The notes under the pieces are model-generated. The model was not told the origin of the DNA, did not search any database, and saw nothing but the letters and a program-made list of their open reading frames with translations. A stretch of 64,000 nt of DNA from contig MEDY01000110.1 of NCBI GenBank assembly GCA_001724265.1, forward strand, positions 1-64,000. The letters run 5' to 3'. Positions within the stretch are counted from its first letter, which is position 1; the number at the start of each line of letters is the position of its first letter. The translations under genes and the position numbers were made by a program. Positions 13,401 through 28,400 of the stretch are shown one piece after another. The DNA is from Rhizaria sp. SCN 62-66. Lineage: Eukaryota.

Positions 13401-16400
13401 CGCTGCGGCAGCGTCTGCGCCCAAAAGCGAGACCCACAACGACCACGGAGAAGCTGCCGACGGCGCGGCGAGCAGCGGTGGCAGCGGGACAGTCGGCTGC
13501 GCGCTGATGCCTCCGCTCCGAGCACGGCTGTCGTAGTGTTGCTGCGGCTGCTGCTGTCCGGCGCAGTTCGAGGCAACCGCGGGCAAGAGAGCGGGGGGAA
13601 TAGCTGCCCACGCGTCTCCACCAAGTGTACCAATGTACGGTGCCACAACAGAGGCATACGCGGCGGCGACAACGGCGCATGCACGCGAACGAGCTGCAAT
13701 GCTGTCAGTGGGACTGCTGTTCATGTCACTGTTGGTGTCAGCGCTCGAATTGGCGTCTGGCGCGTCGACGGCGTTCGTGACCGTCGGGAGAAGAAGCGCA
13801 GGATGGCAGTGACGCAAAGAGCGCGGGCCTAAAACGCGACCCTTGCTCGTCTTATTGTTGTTACGCCGCCCCTGACAACGCCGTTGTTTGCTATCTTCGT
13901 CGCGAGGTGATTCAGCATTATTCGTATCATTCTCGCCAAGAGAAAGAGCGGAGAGCGCGGGCACAGAGGCAAGCACTGGTACCTCTGCTACAGCAGTGGC
14001 AGCTTCCCAAACACCGGTGTACCGGCCCGCGTAAGCATCACCAGCAGCAGATGTCGACAAGACCACAGCAGCGCCAGCGTCGACGTTGTTACTGTTGCTA
14101 TTATTGCCGTTGTTAATAAGCAACGCCGGGAACGGAGACACCTCCATCGGCACTGACTCCATACTGGCTGCCGCCGTGTTAGCGGCAGGCGCAATGGCGG
14201 GAGCAGGCGTCGGGGCAGCCGCGGCAAGAGCCATGGGGTCAGGCAGCAAGTGCCGTGCACGAATCGACTGTGCGACGCGTAAACGCAGGTCGCGGTCTGT
14301 TGTTGCGTTGAGAATCGCAGGTCCTGACAGGGCAGACGCCGTAGTTGAGCTGGAGTTTGTGGCGGGAACAATAGGACTGAAGACAGTGGCAACAGGCGCG
14401 GGAAGATGTGGCGCGTACAGTGAGTGCATAGCGTCTAAATGATCATGGAGCCACTTGGACTTCAAGAACAACAGCAACGTGTGGGCGTTGAGATCGTTTG
14501 AGTTGTCATCATCGTCATCACCGTCGCTGTCAGCATCGTTATCATCATCATTCTGCTCATCACGCTTGAGTGTGTTCACGCTCGTGCGGGACTCTGCTGC
14601 GTTGGCGTCATACTCAAAGCTGACTGTCTTCGACATCACCCTGCCAGTACCGTTGGCGACCGTGCTGCCAGTCGTTGTATTGGCAGCACTAGCAATGCGA
14701 GGACTCGAGGTCGTTTCGTTGTCATTCTCAGCGTCGGACTCAAGGCCGACAGCGGTGGCAAGGCCCTCGTGCGCAACTGCAACTGAGTACGGGTCCGTAA
14801 TCAACCCCTTGGACTGCCCACTGGAATTTGCACTCGTGGCACTTGCAGCGCGCGGGGTACTTGCGCTGGCCCCGGTGGCCTCAGTAGTGGTGTCAGAGCG
14901 CGCATGAGACGAGTCGGGGCGCGAACGACCGTAGCCGTAGCCGCCAAAGACGGTGTAGCCACCAGCGCCAAGACCAAGTCCTTGTCCCATGCCCTGCTGC
15001 TCATTCGCGTTACCAGCACCGCTGGCACCGCGGAGCCGAAGCCGAATACCGGTGCGCCGACGTTCGCGTCGCAGCCTGCGTAGCTCGTGACGGACAGCAA
15101 CAAAGCACACAAACGCGTCACACAAGTGCCGGAAAAGAGTGAACACGCGCGACTGCAGCGTTGTTTGCGCGGAAGTTAAGCCTCCGACAAGGGCAACAGC
15201 AGCGAGTCCACCGGCGTCAGCCAGAGAAGACGGCGTTGCGTCCGCAGCGTCAGCGGCTGCAGCGGCAAGAGCGGCTGCGGAAGGTGCAGCCGCAGCGCAG
15301 AGAGTTTCATCACCCTCTCCGTTGTCGCCGTTTTCACCAGCACTGCTGCCGTTGCCACTAGGGCCGGAGACGCTGCCGCTGCGCCCACTGCGCGCACCAT
15401 TCCCGTTCAAAGAGCTTGATGTGGTTGCTGTGGTGAGCAGCAGGGCAAGGCGCTGTTGCAAAGTCAGTGGGAGCGTGCCATCAAGCAAGGACGCAAACAT
15501 CGCGCTGCCGACACTCGCACTGACACTAGAATTGGCGTGAGAACTCGATCTTTGAACCTGCTGCGCGCGGGGCGCGGCACTCTGTGACGCTGAAGACACT
15601 GCCATCGGCCAGGCGCCGCTATAAAGAGCGCGCGTGAGGTGCGCAGAAACAGCGGCGGCGGCAGCCACGGCGCGGGGGCCGGCAACAGCAACAGGCCCGC
15701 GAGGAACGCCCGCAGCACCGAGAGTTGTGGCCAGCGCAGGCGCGGCGGCGGCGCGGCGGGCCTCAGCGTGTGCGGTGTCCATCATCGCGTTGCTAACGCG
15801 GATAGCGTGCAAGTGCGCCTCTACAAGTCGCGACTGCGCAACTAGAGCTGGTTCCGCAGTGTCGTCTGCGACAGGGGCTGCAGCCAGCGAGAGCTGCGGC
15901 TGCGGGGATGCGGCGGGGCCTAACGCTAGGAGCGCGGCGAGCGTCTCATGGAACGCCTCCAGGCCCTGCGTCGCGGCGGCTGATAGCAGCGATGGTGGCG
16001 CGAGCAGCGCAAGCGTTTGTGCCGCTGTTTCCGCAGCTGCAGCAACTGGCGCGGCACCAGCGAGAGACAGAAAGTCGCTGCCGGTCACTGTGTAGGGCAA
16101 CGCGGCAGCAGGAGAGAGCCAGCGGCCACCACAGGCAGCAGTGTCACCACCAGGCAGGCGCAGTGCGTATACGGGCCTGGAACTTTGACTCGCGGCGGGA
16201 CCACTTGCACTGACGCTGACGCCGGCGGGCGCATTAAGCATTGTGGAAACTCCCACTGCAGCAGAAGCCACGGATGCACGCGGAGGCCGGCTATAGCAGC
16301 GTAACGGCAGAGGATCTGCATGTACGTTAAAGGCCACAACACCAGAGTCATCGCTCGCACTGCTATAATTGCTCTGGTGACTAAAACTAAGATGCGTTGT

Positions 16401-19400
16401 TGTCGCGGGCGCAGCGATCGTGCACTCAGAAAGACCATGTCTCTGCTGCCACAGCCGCGCATACGCTTGTGACTGCGCAGCGTTGGCTATTGCTGCATTC
16501 ATCAGGCCAGCGCGCGAGTGGGCGGGAGCCGACAAAGCCCGGAGAGCGCGGGATGCCGCTGCACCAACAGTCGTAGTCACTCCCGCCGCGGCGGCAGCGG
16601 CAGCGGCGGCCGCAGCGGTGGCTGTCTGACTCGCCGGCAGTTGCCATGCAGGGCAATGCCAGTGCGGTGCTGCAGCCAGCGCAGCAGTCGCTCTTCCGAA
16701 GACGCCACCGGCACCAACGTAACCACCACCGCTGCGCAACACAGCCTCCGCCTCGGCGTCAGCTTCGCCCAGTGTCGGGTTGGAGCTTGCGTCGGCAAGT
16801 GCAGCAGCAGAGGCGGGAAGCTCGTCCGTAACTGCAGCTGCATAGGGCGACGAGCCCACGGCAACAGCAAGCGAAGCAGCGGTGTGCGCATCCAGTAAGA
16901 GCACAAACGGAGAGCCGGCAGAGCCGGGCGCGACAGTAAGTGCGGATTGCACTGCCCAGCCACGGCGGGCTGCGCGGCGCAAGGGCGCGTTCAGAGCGCT
17001 AAGTGCGCGCGAAACGGCGTCAAAAGCGCCACCGACGCATGGGAGTGGAGAAATAACAACAGACATATCATTTTTGAGGTTGCCACCGACGCTGGTCACA
17101 GCCACGACGCTTGCAGTCGCTGTTGTTGTGACAAAGCGCACAAGAGAAGAAAGCGTGTGGCCGGGCGGCAGCGACTTGATAACGCTCAGCGGCACCGCGG
17201 AAGGCCCTTCGAGCGCTGCTGGTGGGGCACCATCAACGAGCAGCTCCTTGGGGAATGAAGCTGCGACAGGACGTACTGGCACAGCAGCGGTCGCTGTTGA
17301 GCTCGCAGAATTGGCATGAACGGATGCGGTGGCCACTGACGCCTCAGTGCGAGGAATCAACGGCCGATGACCGAGCGCTGTAACAGCCTGCGGGACCAAT
17401 GCTGCGGGTGAGGTAAGCGTGGCAAGCGCTGTTGACAGCCACAGTCGGAGCGCAGGCCGCAGCGACGAGAGCGACCGCGAGCGCCAGTCAACTCGACTCG
17501 CTCCCGTAGCCCTCTGACTTGCGCTTGCTGCGGCTGCGGCAGCTGCAGCAGCGGCGACGGCCGCAGAGGCTGAAGCGGGAGCAAGCGCTGCTGCGCCAAC
17601 AACGCCCACAGTCGCGTTATCGGTTATTGTAGAGGAGTTGGAAGCAGCAGGAGCGGTGTACAAAGGCTCATCAATCGCGGCTTGAGTTGGAGCAGCGCAA
17701 TGAGTCGCGGCCTCAGCTGCAGCCGCGAGCGCAAGAGCAAGCGCGTGGTGCGCCGCGTGGCGCTGCTGGTCCACAACAGCCAAGACATCACTCACAGTGC
17801 AGTCCCACGGGAGCGCTAGCACAGCGCGTGCGGAAGCGGAGAGACACTCAAGAAAGACGGAGTGCACTGACAACAGCGGTGCGAGGCGACGAGGCACGCT
17901 TTGCACGCAGAGACTGCGGACGCGAATGCCGGTGATGTTGCTGCCGACAACACCACTGCCAGCAGCAGGCACTGCAGCAGTGGAGTTAGCTGATGTAGAG
18001 GCAGCAGACACACGTGTCGTCATCGCAATTGCACACTGTTGTTGCTGCTGCTGTTGTTGTGATTGCGTCTGCGTTTGTGATTGCGATTGAGGTTGCACTT
18101 GCGAGCGGGCGCTCGAGTTGCCAGAAGTAGCAACCCACCTGGCGACCTGCGATGGGCTCATCGCAATAGCTCCGGCATATCCGGAGCCAACACTTGGCGT
18201 CGCCCCACCTGCAGCTACGGTCTCAACATCAGCTGCAGCGGCAATCCGCACAGTGGCCGCATACGAAGCCCACGTCGCGCAGACGTCAGACCACGCGCGG
18301 CGGCACGCGAGGTCGAGCTGTATCGCCGCAGGGTCAACGCAGTCGCCTGGAGTTGCAAGCAGCACAGCAATGTCAGCTGCAGCAGGAGCGCCAGAAAGGA
18401 GAGAAAGACGCTGCGTAATGCTGCGAGCCGCACGGGCAAGATCAAGGCGCGCCTGGGCATCAAGAGGGACAGAGCCGGCAGCGTCGCCACAAGAAACACC
18501 AAAGGGATCAACTAAGGCCGACGTGGATCGCGGGATGCTAGAACCAATGTTCGCACCAGAGGTGGATGCAGCTGTGCTTGTGGAGGCGGTGATTGCACTC
18601 AGCAGTACGGTCGGAGCAAGCAAGTGCAGAAGTCCTGAGGGAAAAAGTTGTTTCGCTTCCTCCTTTTGCAGCTCTGTGAGCACAGCTGCCGCGGACAGAG
18701 ACGAGCCGCCACTGGCCGCATAAGACGTCGTCGCAGCAGCGGATGCCGAGGACGAGGTCGAAGTAGCCCCACTGTGAGCGCAAGCGGAGAGGTACTGAGT
18801 GGCGAACGCGGCGGCAAAGTGGCTTGCGTCAGCAGCGGCACCTGGGCCAGTGTAGAGCACAGTCGGCAGCAGCACCATGGGGGCCGCAGCAGTCGCAGGC
18901 ACACCGCTCGCGCTTGTACTCACGCCAGGAGCAGAGCCTGTGACAGCTGCGGCTGCGACATTGCCAACATGAGCAAACTGAGCGTCAGCAGCTGCTGCAG
19001 CAGCGGCGTTAGCAGCGGCCGCAAAAGGCGCAGCAACCACCACAGTCGCAGTCAGCGCGCCCCACTGCGAGCCCACGTGTTGCCTGCGCAGCAGGGATGT
19101 CTCCGCCGCGTAAACTGTGACGGCAAGTGCAGACAGCAATGCACGTGCATAGGTTGACGCAGCAGAGTCTTCTGTGGCAGAGTCACTCGCGGCCAGACGG
19201 GCGCGGTGGCGTGCGCGCTCCTTTAGCGGGGCAAGACATAGAAAAGACAGCGACGTCAGGCCGCCGCGCACAACCAGCCGCGGGAAACGTGCATGTTGCG
19301 CGGCGCGTGAAGCAGCCTCTGTGCGCTGTGCAGTCACCCACGCAAGCTTTCGCTTTGTAATCGCAGCCGTTGTGTCAGCCGCGGCGATAACAGACTGCAG

Positions 19401-22400
19401 CGGCGCAACCGCGCCTGCCCGCGCCTGGGCTACGACGGCAGCGGCAGCGGCGGTCGTTGTCGCGCTCACGGATGAATGGGGAACGGGCAAAGGCGCGGTA
19501 AGCCCGCAGACTGCCCACAGCGAGGCAAGTGGAGGAACGAGCGACGGCGCTCCCACCATCACGCTCTGTCCGCCGCCAGCAACGCTGGCGCGTTGAGAAG
19601 CGCAAAGTGCACCAGAGTCAGAGGATGTGCGCGTGTGGCGGGGTGACTTAGCTCCAGATAAAGCGCTCGTACTGGTGTTGTTGACATTAGCGCCGCTCGA
19701 GGCAACCTGGGCAAAGGGACTGTACTGAGTCGATGAGTTGCGGGGATGAGCCGCAGGCCCAGGTTTGCGCTTCTGCTGCTGTTGTTGCTGCTGTTGCGGA
19801 AGGGCCATTTGCTGGCGATCAACTGCGTAACTGCACACAACAGCACCGTCACCTTCAGCTTTAAAAACAGTGCTTGCATCACTGTCCGCAGCGTCAACGT
19901 CACACGAGGCGGGTGCAGTGTCCGTCATAAGAACAGCATGCGCTTGCGTCACCAGTGACAGCGCACGCGCGTGCGCTTGTTGTGTCTCCGCGGCCAGCCT
20001 GATTACGGCTAGCGGCGTCGCGGCGCATGTGCTCGCTTCGACTGCTGTGGCTTTGCGAGGGAGTGAGAAAAGCACGAATGGTGACCTCAGTGTTGTGAGA
20101 CTCTGCAGAGGCACATGAAGCTCGCGCTCGAGGTCGGTGATGGTGAGCTTGCCAATCTCGTCTACGCATGACGCAGGCACTGGAGTCGGCCGCCATAACG
20201 CAGCGCGAGGAGAGTACAACGCACCGAGGCCGCAGTGCCGTGCCCACGCCGCACACGCACTCGCAGCGGCTGCAACTGCGGTGGTAGCTGCGGCGGGCGA
20301 GAGCGCAGAAAGGCGCGACAGGTCCAATGGATCACTGGAGGCAGCAATCAGCCGGTCGAACGCACCCGGAGTCCCTGCGGCAGCGGCGGTCCAAAGCAAT
20401 GAGGCAGAGCCACTGCCACCGCTGGTAAGCGCAATAGACAATGCGTCAGCCGTCGGCGTCGCATCGTCATCACCGCGACCCCACGGCATGCTCAAGAAGG
20501 GGTTGCTCACAAGAGCGTCGTTTTCTTCGTTTGTACGAGAGTTGCTTGGCGCATTCAGAGTACTTCCGGCCGCCGCACTGTCATTGTCGTCACTGGCAAT
20601 AGAAGCAAAAACAGAGAATGTCTTTCCGTCATTTTTACCATGCATTGTACTCGCACGCGCGGCTCCACCAGTAGGTCGAGCCATTACAACACCCGCAGCT
20701 GCAGAGCCCGCAGCAGCATTCGCAGCCGCACCGGTACCAGTGCCCCGTCCAGCGCCGCGCGCGCCTCCGCTCGCACCGCCACCGTCGAGCGCATGTGCAG
20801 CGGATAACGCGCGCGTTGCCAAGAGGGTGCGCGGGTCAGCGATGTTGAAGTAAGCCGCCTGCGCGTGATACACACGCGTCGCAATCTGACTCTCAACCGA
20901 AGCCTGCAGCAGCGCGCGGCGGAAAGTCATGGCGTCGAGGGCGTTTAGCGCCTCGGGCATCGGGAACGCGGTCACGGCGGCGGAGAGCGCAGGTGTTGGG
21001 GTGAGAATAGAGCTTGCACTTGTTGAGTTTGAGCTCACACTGCCACCACTGTTGTATAACGGCCCCTGCAGGTTAGTGGCACCTGCCGCAGTGGCTGCAG
21101 CAGTGGCGGCAGTCGTAGTAGCTTTCGCGTTGGCGGCCAGATTCGCCGCATCTCTGCGGTTCTGCATTGTGCCATCACCAGCGCTGGTCGCATTGGACGC
21201 CGCAGAAACTGCAGATGCTGCTGTAGCAACAGCGGCCGCAGCAGCGCGCAAGCTCGCAGCATCCAACGCTGCCGCAGTGCCAGCGCTAACCGCACTCGCG
21301 ATCGCACCGGAAAGGTTGGCGTCGTTGCCAGGAGGAGGCTTGGCCCGAGCACCAGCTTTGCGCGCCGCGCGGCCCGCAGCGCCGCCGGCAGTGACGCCGT
21401 CGCCGGCAGACACAAGCGCGGCCTCCGCGGCTTGCGTAGCAGCAAGCGCTTGCGCCTGCGCCTTGACTGCGGCGCGGAGCTCGCGCGTGGCGCGGCGGTG
21501 CGCGAGCGAGCGGACAGTGGTGATGACAATAGCGGGGGACGTCAGAGCCGCGTGCGACCACAGCGACGCCAGAGTTGAAGGCTCACGGTGACCGGAGGAG
21601 AGCGCAAACGGAGCAGCGCTGGCAAGAGAAGACGCGGCGACTGTGCGCAGGACTTCGACAGCTGCGGCGGCGATGTGGTGCGAGCGCTCGAAGCGGGTCA
21701 GGCAGAACTCATTGGGTGACTGCATGGTTTGTGCAAGCATGTCATCTACTGGAGCAGCATTTCTACCACTCGGGGTACTGGTCCCCTTGTTAGAGTGAGC
21801 GTTCGTGATATCGGAGAGAGAGGCTGAGTCAGCGGGAGAAACAGCAGACGCGAGCATTGCACGCGTGAGTGCGCGACCCTTGATCGGCGCGAACACCCAC
21901 CCGTCTCCGTCAATCACACCCATGGCCGCGTTCATGCGGCCGCCGTGTCCCAGCGCCAGCGCTGATGCAGTGTCAGAACCACCGCCCGTTGCAGGCGCCA
22001 CAGACACGCGCGCTGCAGCGCCCCAGCCACTGTGCGCACCACTCTTGTTCCCGATCTTCGCAGCAGAAGCCGCGGATGCCGCGGCAACACGAGAGGCGAC
22101 AGCGGCCGCAACTGGGGCGCGGCCCGGCGCACCGCCCGCAGCGACCGCGGCGGCTGCGTCCGCTTCCGCGGTCGTGACCAAAGCGCGGCGTCGCGGAGGC
22201 AGTGCTGGGAGGCCGGCCATTGGGAACATTTGCTCTGTCAGCGGTGATCGTTGCAGCTGCAGTCGCGGCGGCGCGTCAGTGAGCGCGTTATGCGTGGGAC
22301 AAAGACGAGAACGCGTATCAAGCTGATTCGCGCCGGCCGACTGCGACAGTGCGGTGGGAGCGGCGTCGGCGGATGAAGAGAAGGCAGTTGTCGCATGCGC

Positions 22401-25400
22401 ACTGTCGGCCGCGTCGGCGGCAGCCGCGGCAGCGGATGCGGCTGAAGCGGCCTCGTTGGTGAACGCGAGCAAGTAGTCAACACTGGCGGCGTAGATCAAA
22501 GGCAGGAAGTCTAAGTACCTGCGCGTGAGCGCCACGAATGGCTCCGGCGAGTACATCGTCTCTGTCGCCGACGTCGCAGCTGCGGCAAACAGCGCACGCG
22601 CCTCTGCGTCGGCAGCGAGCGGTGACAGCGCCGCAAGCGCGACCGAGTCCGGAGCCGTGGCATCGCTCTGCTTCGCCACAATGCGCGTCGCAAACGTGTA
22701 CACGCGCGGCGGCTGCGGCGGCTGCGGCCAGATGAGACGGTTGCGCCGCGGCTGCAGCTCCAGCAAGCGCGCTTCAGCGGCCGCAGTGGCATCAGCAACG
22801 CTGCCAACAGCGGCTAGCGCGGGCAGCAGCTCCACCAGCCCCGCCGGCCTACGCGGCGCCGGGAGCGGCGGGGCGAGGACTGCACCCGCAGCGGGCACCA
22901 CTGCCGTCGCTGCGGCGCACGCAGCAGCCGCCTCATCAGCAGTGGCTGCGCCACCGAGCGCCGCGCCGGGGCCCAGCGCAGCCGCCGCGGCGTCGGAGTC
23001 ACCATTGGCGTCAATCTGCAGCCAGGCAGACGCGGGCTCGTAGCCGCTGCCACGCGCGCGGGCGCGGGCCAGAGCGCCGCGATGCGCAGTGACTGCGGCG
23101 GCCACATCGCTCGGCAAGCCGTCCGTGGCGAGAGCGCCCGCGGTTGCGGGGCCCGTCGCAGAGACTGCGATAGCCGCCGCGGCAGAGGAGGCGAGCGTGG
23201 CGTGCGCGACCGCAGTCGCCGTGGCGTTGGGACGACCGTTCGCGTTCGCGTTGGCGAGTGTGGGAAGCAAGCGCAGAGACAGCGGTTGTGATGCAGACTC
23301 CGCGGTGCCGGCAGCGTAGCGCCAACCTGCGGGTCCGTAGCGGTCCTCGCTCCCGCTGACAAGCGCAGTGTACATCTCTGAGTGGTCATCTTTATAGACA
23401 CACCGGCAGCTGCCTAAACTGCTGGTTGCGCTACTGCTCGTCTGCGTAGACATATTCGAGTGGGTGTAACGAGAGCAGATGGGTGCAAACCGGTCAAACG
23501 GACGCGCCGGATAATACACGACAGTCTCTAGCGGCGTATACAGCGTGAATGTCGCAGACACAGCGCCGCCGGGAGCACACGATGACAGCATCGAGCCGTT
23601 CCCGTCGTTAAAGCTTGCTGCGACTGCGCTCAGGACTACGCCTGAGTTACCGAGGGGAGCAGCAGGAAAGCGCGCTGCGTGCACGGCCGCGGCGACTGCG
23701 GCTGCAGTGGTGTTGCTGCAGCTAGCGGTAAGAGCGGTGGCCGGGGTGACTGGCGGGGGCATCAGCTGGCCGTAGCGGCCGGTCGCGCGCAACGACAGAG
23801 ACTGACGTGACCGCGGACCGGCGGCGACACTCGCGCCACCCGGGCCCGCAAGGCCGAGTTCGCTCGCAGCAGCGACTGCGGCCGCCGCTGCAGCTGCAGC
23901 GGGTGAAGCCGCTAGCTGTGCCCGCCACGGTTCTCCGTCCGTCGCCGCTGCGCGCTCGCAGTCAGTCAAAAGGTCAAGACTGCAGTGCAGCGCGGCGGCG
24001 CGCGCACGGAGTACGGTGGCGTCGAGCGAGATCTGCGCGAGCGGCCAGGCGAGGCGCGCGGGCGGTGGGCGCGGCGCTGGAGCAGTGAACGGCAGCAAGA
24101 ACACTGGCGGTAACGGCGGGGGTAGTGCTGTTGCCGCAGCAGCTGCGGCCGAGGCGTGCGTGCCCTCGGGCCTGTTCGCAACTGCAGTGGCGGCAAGGAC
24201 GGACGCAGTTTGCGCCTGGTACTCCGCCAGCGCGGGCACGGCGCGAAGCGCAGACGCCGGGACGAAGCCAGTACCGGAAAAGTAGGCAGCAAAGAACTGC
24301 TGGTTCTCAACAGCTTCGCGCTCAGCGAGCCCGCTAACGACATGCATGTCTGCCGAGGGCGCCGAGTCAACTGTAGGCCGCGCGGCAACAATAGCGGCAA
24401 CGCGGCGCGCGATGTCGCGAGCCGCAGAGGGGTCGGCGCAGTGCGGCAGAGCACGCGTGACGGCGTCAAGCAAGGCCTTCTTGCCGCATTGGTACTCGTA
24501 TTCGCGCTCCCAAGTCGCCAGCAGCAGCGATAAACGGTCGCAGCCTGTCTCAAAGTCAAGCCGCGTGTGCTCCGCGGCGGCCAAAGCGGCAGGCCCCATG
24601 CGCGCGGCCGCGCCCAGCGCCTCCGCATCAGCCTCAGCAACGGCTTGAGTGCGCGGATCGCTGTGCCGCGCGGAAGGAAGATCCTCTGCGCTCGCAGCGA
24701 GCGTCGCTGCAAGCGTCGCAACGGCGGTTGCAAGAGCTGCACGCCAACCGCGCGTGCCTGTGGCGGCGGCGACCTCCTCATCGTTCTCACAGGCTCCAGC
24801 ACCGGCCCCAGTGGGTGCGGGTGTGGTGGCATCGGTCGATGAGGCGGGCAGCGGGGCGTCCGCAGTGTTGACAGCAACGCGCTGGACACGGCCGTGCGCA
24901 CCAACGCGAAGTCGCAGCGCGTGGCGCGCGGCTTCCTTAGAAGCCAAGACGGCGTCGACCGAGGGAACGGGGCGCAAGGCGAGCCCGGTGCCGAAGGAGA
25001 AGCCGGATGACGACGAAGATGATGCTGCCGCCACCGCAGCTGTAGCGTTGTTCACAGTGCCAGTAGCGATCATGTTCGCATTGGTGTTGTCAAGCGGCGT
25101 GGTCGTTGCGAGCGAGGTAGTGACTGAAAGAGGCGAGGTAGAGGTAGGGAGAGCGGGCGGACGGTAGCGACGAATGTCACGCGATGACATCGCGAGCAAA
25201 CGAGACACAGCGCGCCCAGCGGCCGCGACGGCAGAGCGGCGCTGGCGCATAGGACACTCGTTGTCAACATAACCAGAAGCGAAACGGCTATCCTCATCAC
25301 TGCCGTTGCTTTTAGCGTCTTCATCGGCTGTATCAGGAGAAGAAGCAAATCGTGATGTCAGCGATGCAAGCTCGTTAAGCGAAACAAAGCACATGCCCTC

Positions 25401-28400
25401 GACGCCAGCAGCCGCGCTCGCGTTCGGGTTGGTGCTTGTGACGGAGACGCATTTGCGCGCGAACAGCGAGAACGGCGGAAGCCAACTGGGCCCGTGCACG
25501 TACGTCGACCGGCCGGAGCAGCCCGCCGCGAGCGTGGCCTCGGCCAACGCAGCGACGCTGGCTTCAAGCCTGCGCGCCCATGCGGCCGCCGCAACGCGCT
25601 GGCGAGCGCGCGCATGCGCCTGACGCGAATGCAGGTGGCTGAGGTAGCGCAGGTTGTGCTGCAGCAAGTGCGTGCGCAGCCGACGCATGTCGTCCAACGC
25701 AGCCGAGTACAGCACAGGCGTGCCCGCTGCGACGACGCCATCAGCAGCAATAATACTCGGAGAGCCGCCGCTGCTGTGAACCGTAATGGCGCCATCTTCA
25801 GTATCGACGGTGTAAGTATCAAGCGCACGCGGGGCCCTCAGACCGCTGCGACTGCCACTCACACAGCCGTCGCCATCGCCAAGGTCATCGCCGCAGTTCG
25901 CGTCCCCGTCGTCGTAGTCGTCATCATCGCTGTCCATAGCACCATTGCCCCGAGATTGTGAGTTGCTGCCGTTGCCGGCAGCGGCCGCAGCAACCTCGTC
26001 GGCGAGCCCGAGCAGAGAGCTGTGGCGGCCGCCGATGTGGGGCGCAGTGCCGCCACCGCTCATTGCCGCCGCGGCCGCCAGGTGCAGCTCCAGCGGTAGG
26101 TCTTCAGCACGCAGAGAGGCCGACTTGAGCGCAGACAGAGCCTGTTCTGCGGCTGCGACAGTCGGCGCTCCAGCGTCCGTATTATCCGTACTTTTGCGGT
26201 CATTGGGGCTGTCGCCACTGCTTGCATCGGCATTGTTAATGTCGTTGTTATGAGCAGTGAGGAGTGTTTGCAGCACGATCGCAGCTAGCCCGCCGCCACC
26301 ACCGCCACTGTTGTTGCATTTGCTTGTAGCAAGCGCATTGGGGCACTCAATAGCGCCGTGGTTAATCAGCGTGTTGACCGTGTTCTTCTGCACGCTGCGC
26401 GCATAGTTCAACAGCCCCATCACGCGCCGCTGCAGCACGCGAATGCGCGTCATCTGTAGCAGCACCACGCTCTCGACCGAGCTCTCGCTGGTCTCCGCCG
26501 CCACTGCGGGAGCCACGGGCCCCGGCGCCGCTCCCTGCCGTGCGCGCGCTACGGGGCCGTGCGCCGTCGCGAGTGCGCGCGCCCAAGCACACGCTTCAGC
26601 TGCGGGGGCGTCGGCCGTGACGCGGTCCAGCCAGAGGAAGCCGGGGGCGAGCGGGGACGTTGCAGCGGCTTCGGCGCACGCGGCGTGCACGCTAGCTTCG
26701 GCCGGCACACTCACGCTCACGGTCACGTTGACGCTCTCACCTCCAGCGCCACTGCTGCTGCTCTTGGATTCCTGTTCAGCAGAGAAAACAGTCGCGTTAC
26801 TGGTATCGTTCTCATTGCTACTGCTACTTGCTGTCGTTGTCGTCGTAGAGACAGCAGTGATGGTTGCGTGCGGCCAGGGCAGCGGCACCTCGAGATCCAG
26901 ACCTGCCTGCTGCGCACGCTGCTCCGGCGTCGGCAGCGGCACAAACGGCGTGACTGTGAGCTCGACAGCGTCCGCGACAACAGCGGAATGCGGCTGCGGC
27001 CAAGGAGCGGAGGGGACAACGGCTCCCGCAACGGTGACTGCGTCGTCAGAAGCAAAACCAGAGCCGAGCGCGTCGGTATTCACGTCATTGCTGCCTGCGC
27101 TATTCGAGTCTGCGTTTGTGCTCGTGTGGGTTGAAGTGATTGTGGACGCCGGCGCGTCAGCTAAGTGAGCAGGCACATATCCGTACAGGTCGTTGTTGTT
27201 ATTGCTACCATCGGCTTCGTCCTCTTCTTCATAAGCATCTTCCTCAGCCAACAAGTATACTCCGCCATCGTCGCCGTCGTCGTCGTCGTCGTCATCATCA
27301 TCAAGACCGAGATCGCCGTCGTCGTCAGCAGCGTCAACTCCGTCAATGCCAATAGTTCCAGTCTTGTTATTGTTGCCACGCTTGTTCCGACGCTTGCGCC
27401 CGCCCGCGCGTACTTTGCGCACGAGCCCGGCTCCCATGGCCCTGGCCCTGGGCGCGGGCACCGGCATCGCCAGTCCCGCGGCGCCCACAGCCCCGCCAGC
27501 GGTCGCTATGCGCAGTGCGTCTGGCGTCTTGTCGTAGCCGGCGGCAAGGACCTGCGCCGCCCATGCGAGCACCGCGCCCGCCGCACCCGCGGGAGGCTGA
27601 GTCAGCGCCAGCAGCGCGCACACGCCCGCGGCGCTGCCACTCGCCGCAGCGCCTGCACTTGCGCTGGAGCCGGATTTGGCGTTGCCGGCGACGGCTGCGG
27701 AAGCCGCATTCGAAATCGTGGTCGCAGCTGAAGTAGCCGCAGCGGCGGCGGCAAGCGCGGTAGGCGCCCAGCGGCGCACACGCGCAAAGTTGCGCTCAGC
27801 GCCCGCGCCTTCGCAACTCACGCCGGCCGCAGCGCTGCCAACAGCGGCCGCGCCCGCACCGGCGGCCGCAGCTGCCTCTGCCTCTGCTTCAGCCTCCGTG
27901 AGGGGCACAAGAGCAGGCGCCGCGGCCTCGGTCGCCGCGAGCGTGCCGTCCGCAGTCATCGCCACCAAGAGCGACGCAACCGTAACCCACGCGCCCTCGG
28001 CGGCAGCAGGGAGCGGGGCGGCGACTGAGGCGGCCGCCAGGGCGGCAGCGGTGACGTGCAGCGGCAACAGAGGGGAAGCAAAAATGGAAAGGTTTGTCGC
28101 CGCGTTGCTGTGAGGGAAGAGACGCGCAAACGGGGACGGTGCAGGCAGAGGCGTTGTCGGGTGCGAGAGATAGTGCAAGGGGTATTTAGCTGGAGCCCGG
28201 ATCGTGCTGTTGCCGTCCTGAGAATTGTTGTCAGCGAGAGCAAAGTGCAGCGGCGCGCGCGCCGGCGTGGCAGCCGCAGTGTGCACGGCGGGCGCAGTGA
28301 CTGCAAACACGCCCCGCGCCGGCGCATCGGCCTGCAGCGCAAGCCTTAGCGCGGCCCGCTGCGGCATGTGCTTCAGCGCCATCAAAACGACGGACAGACG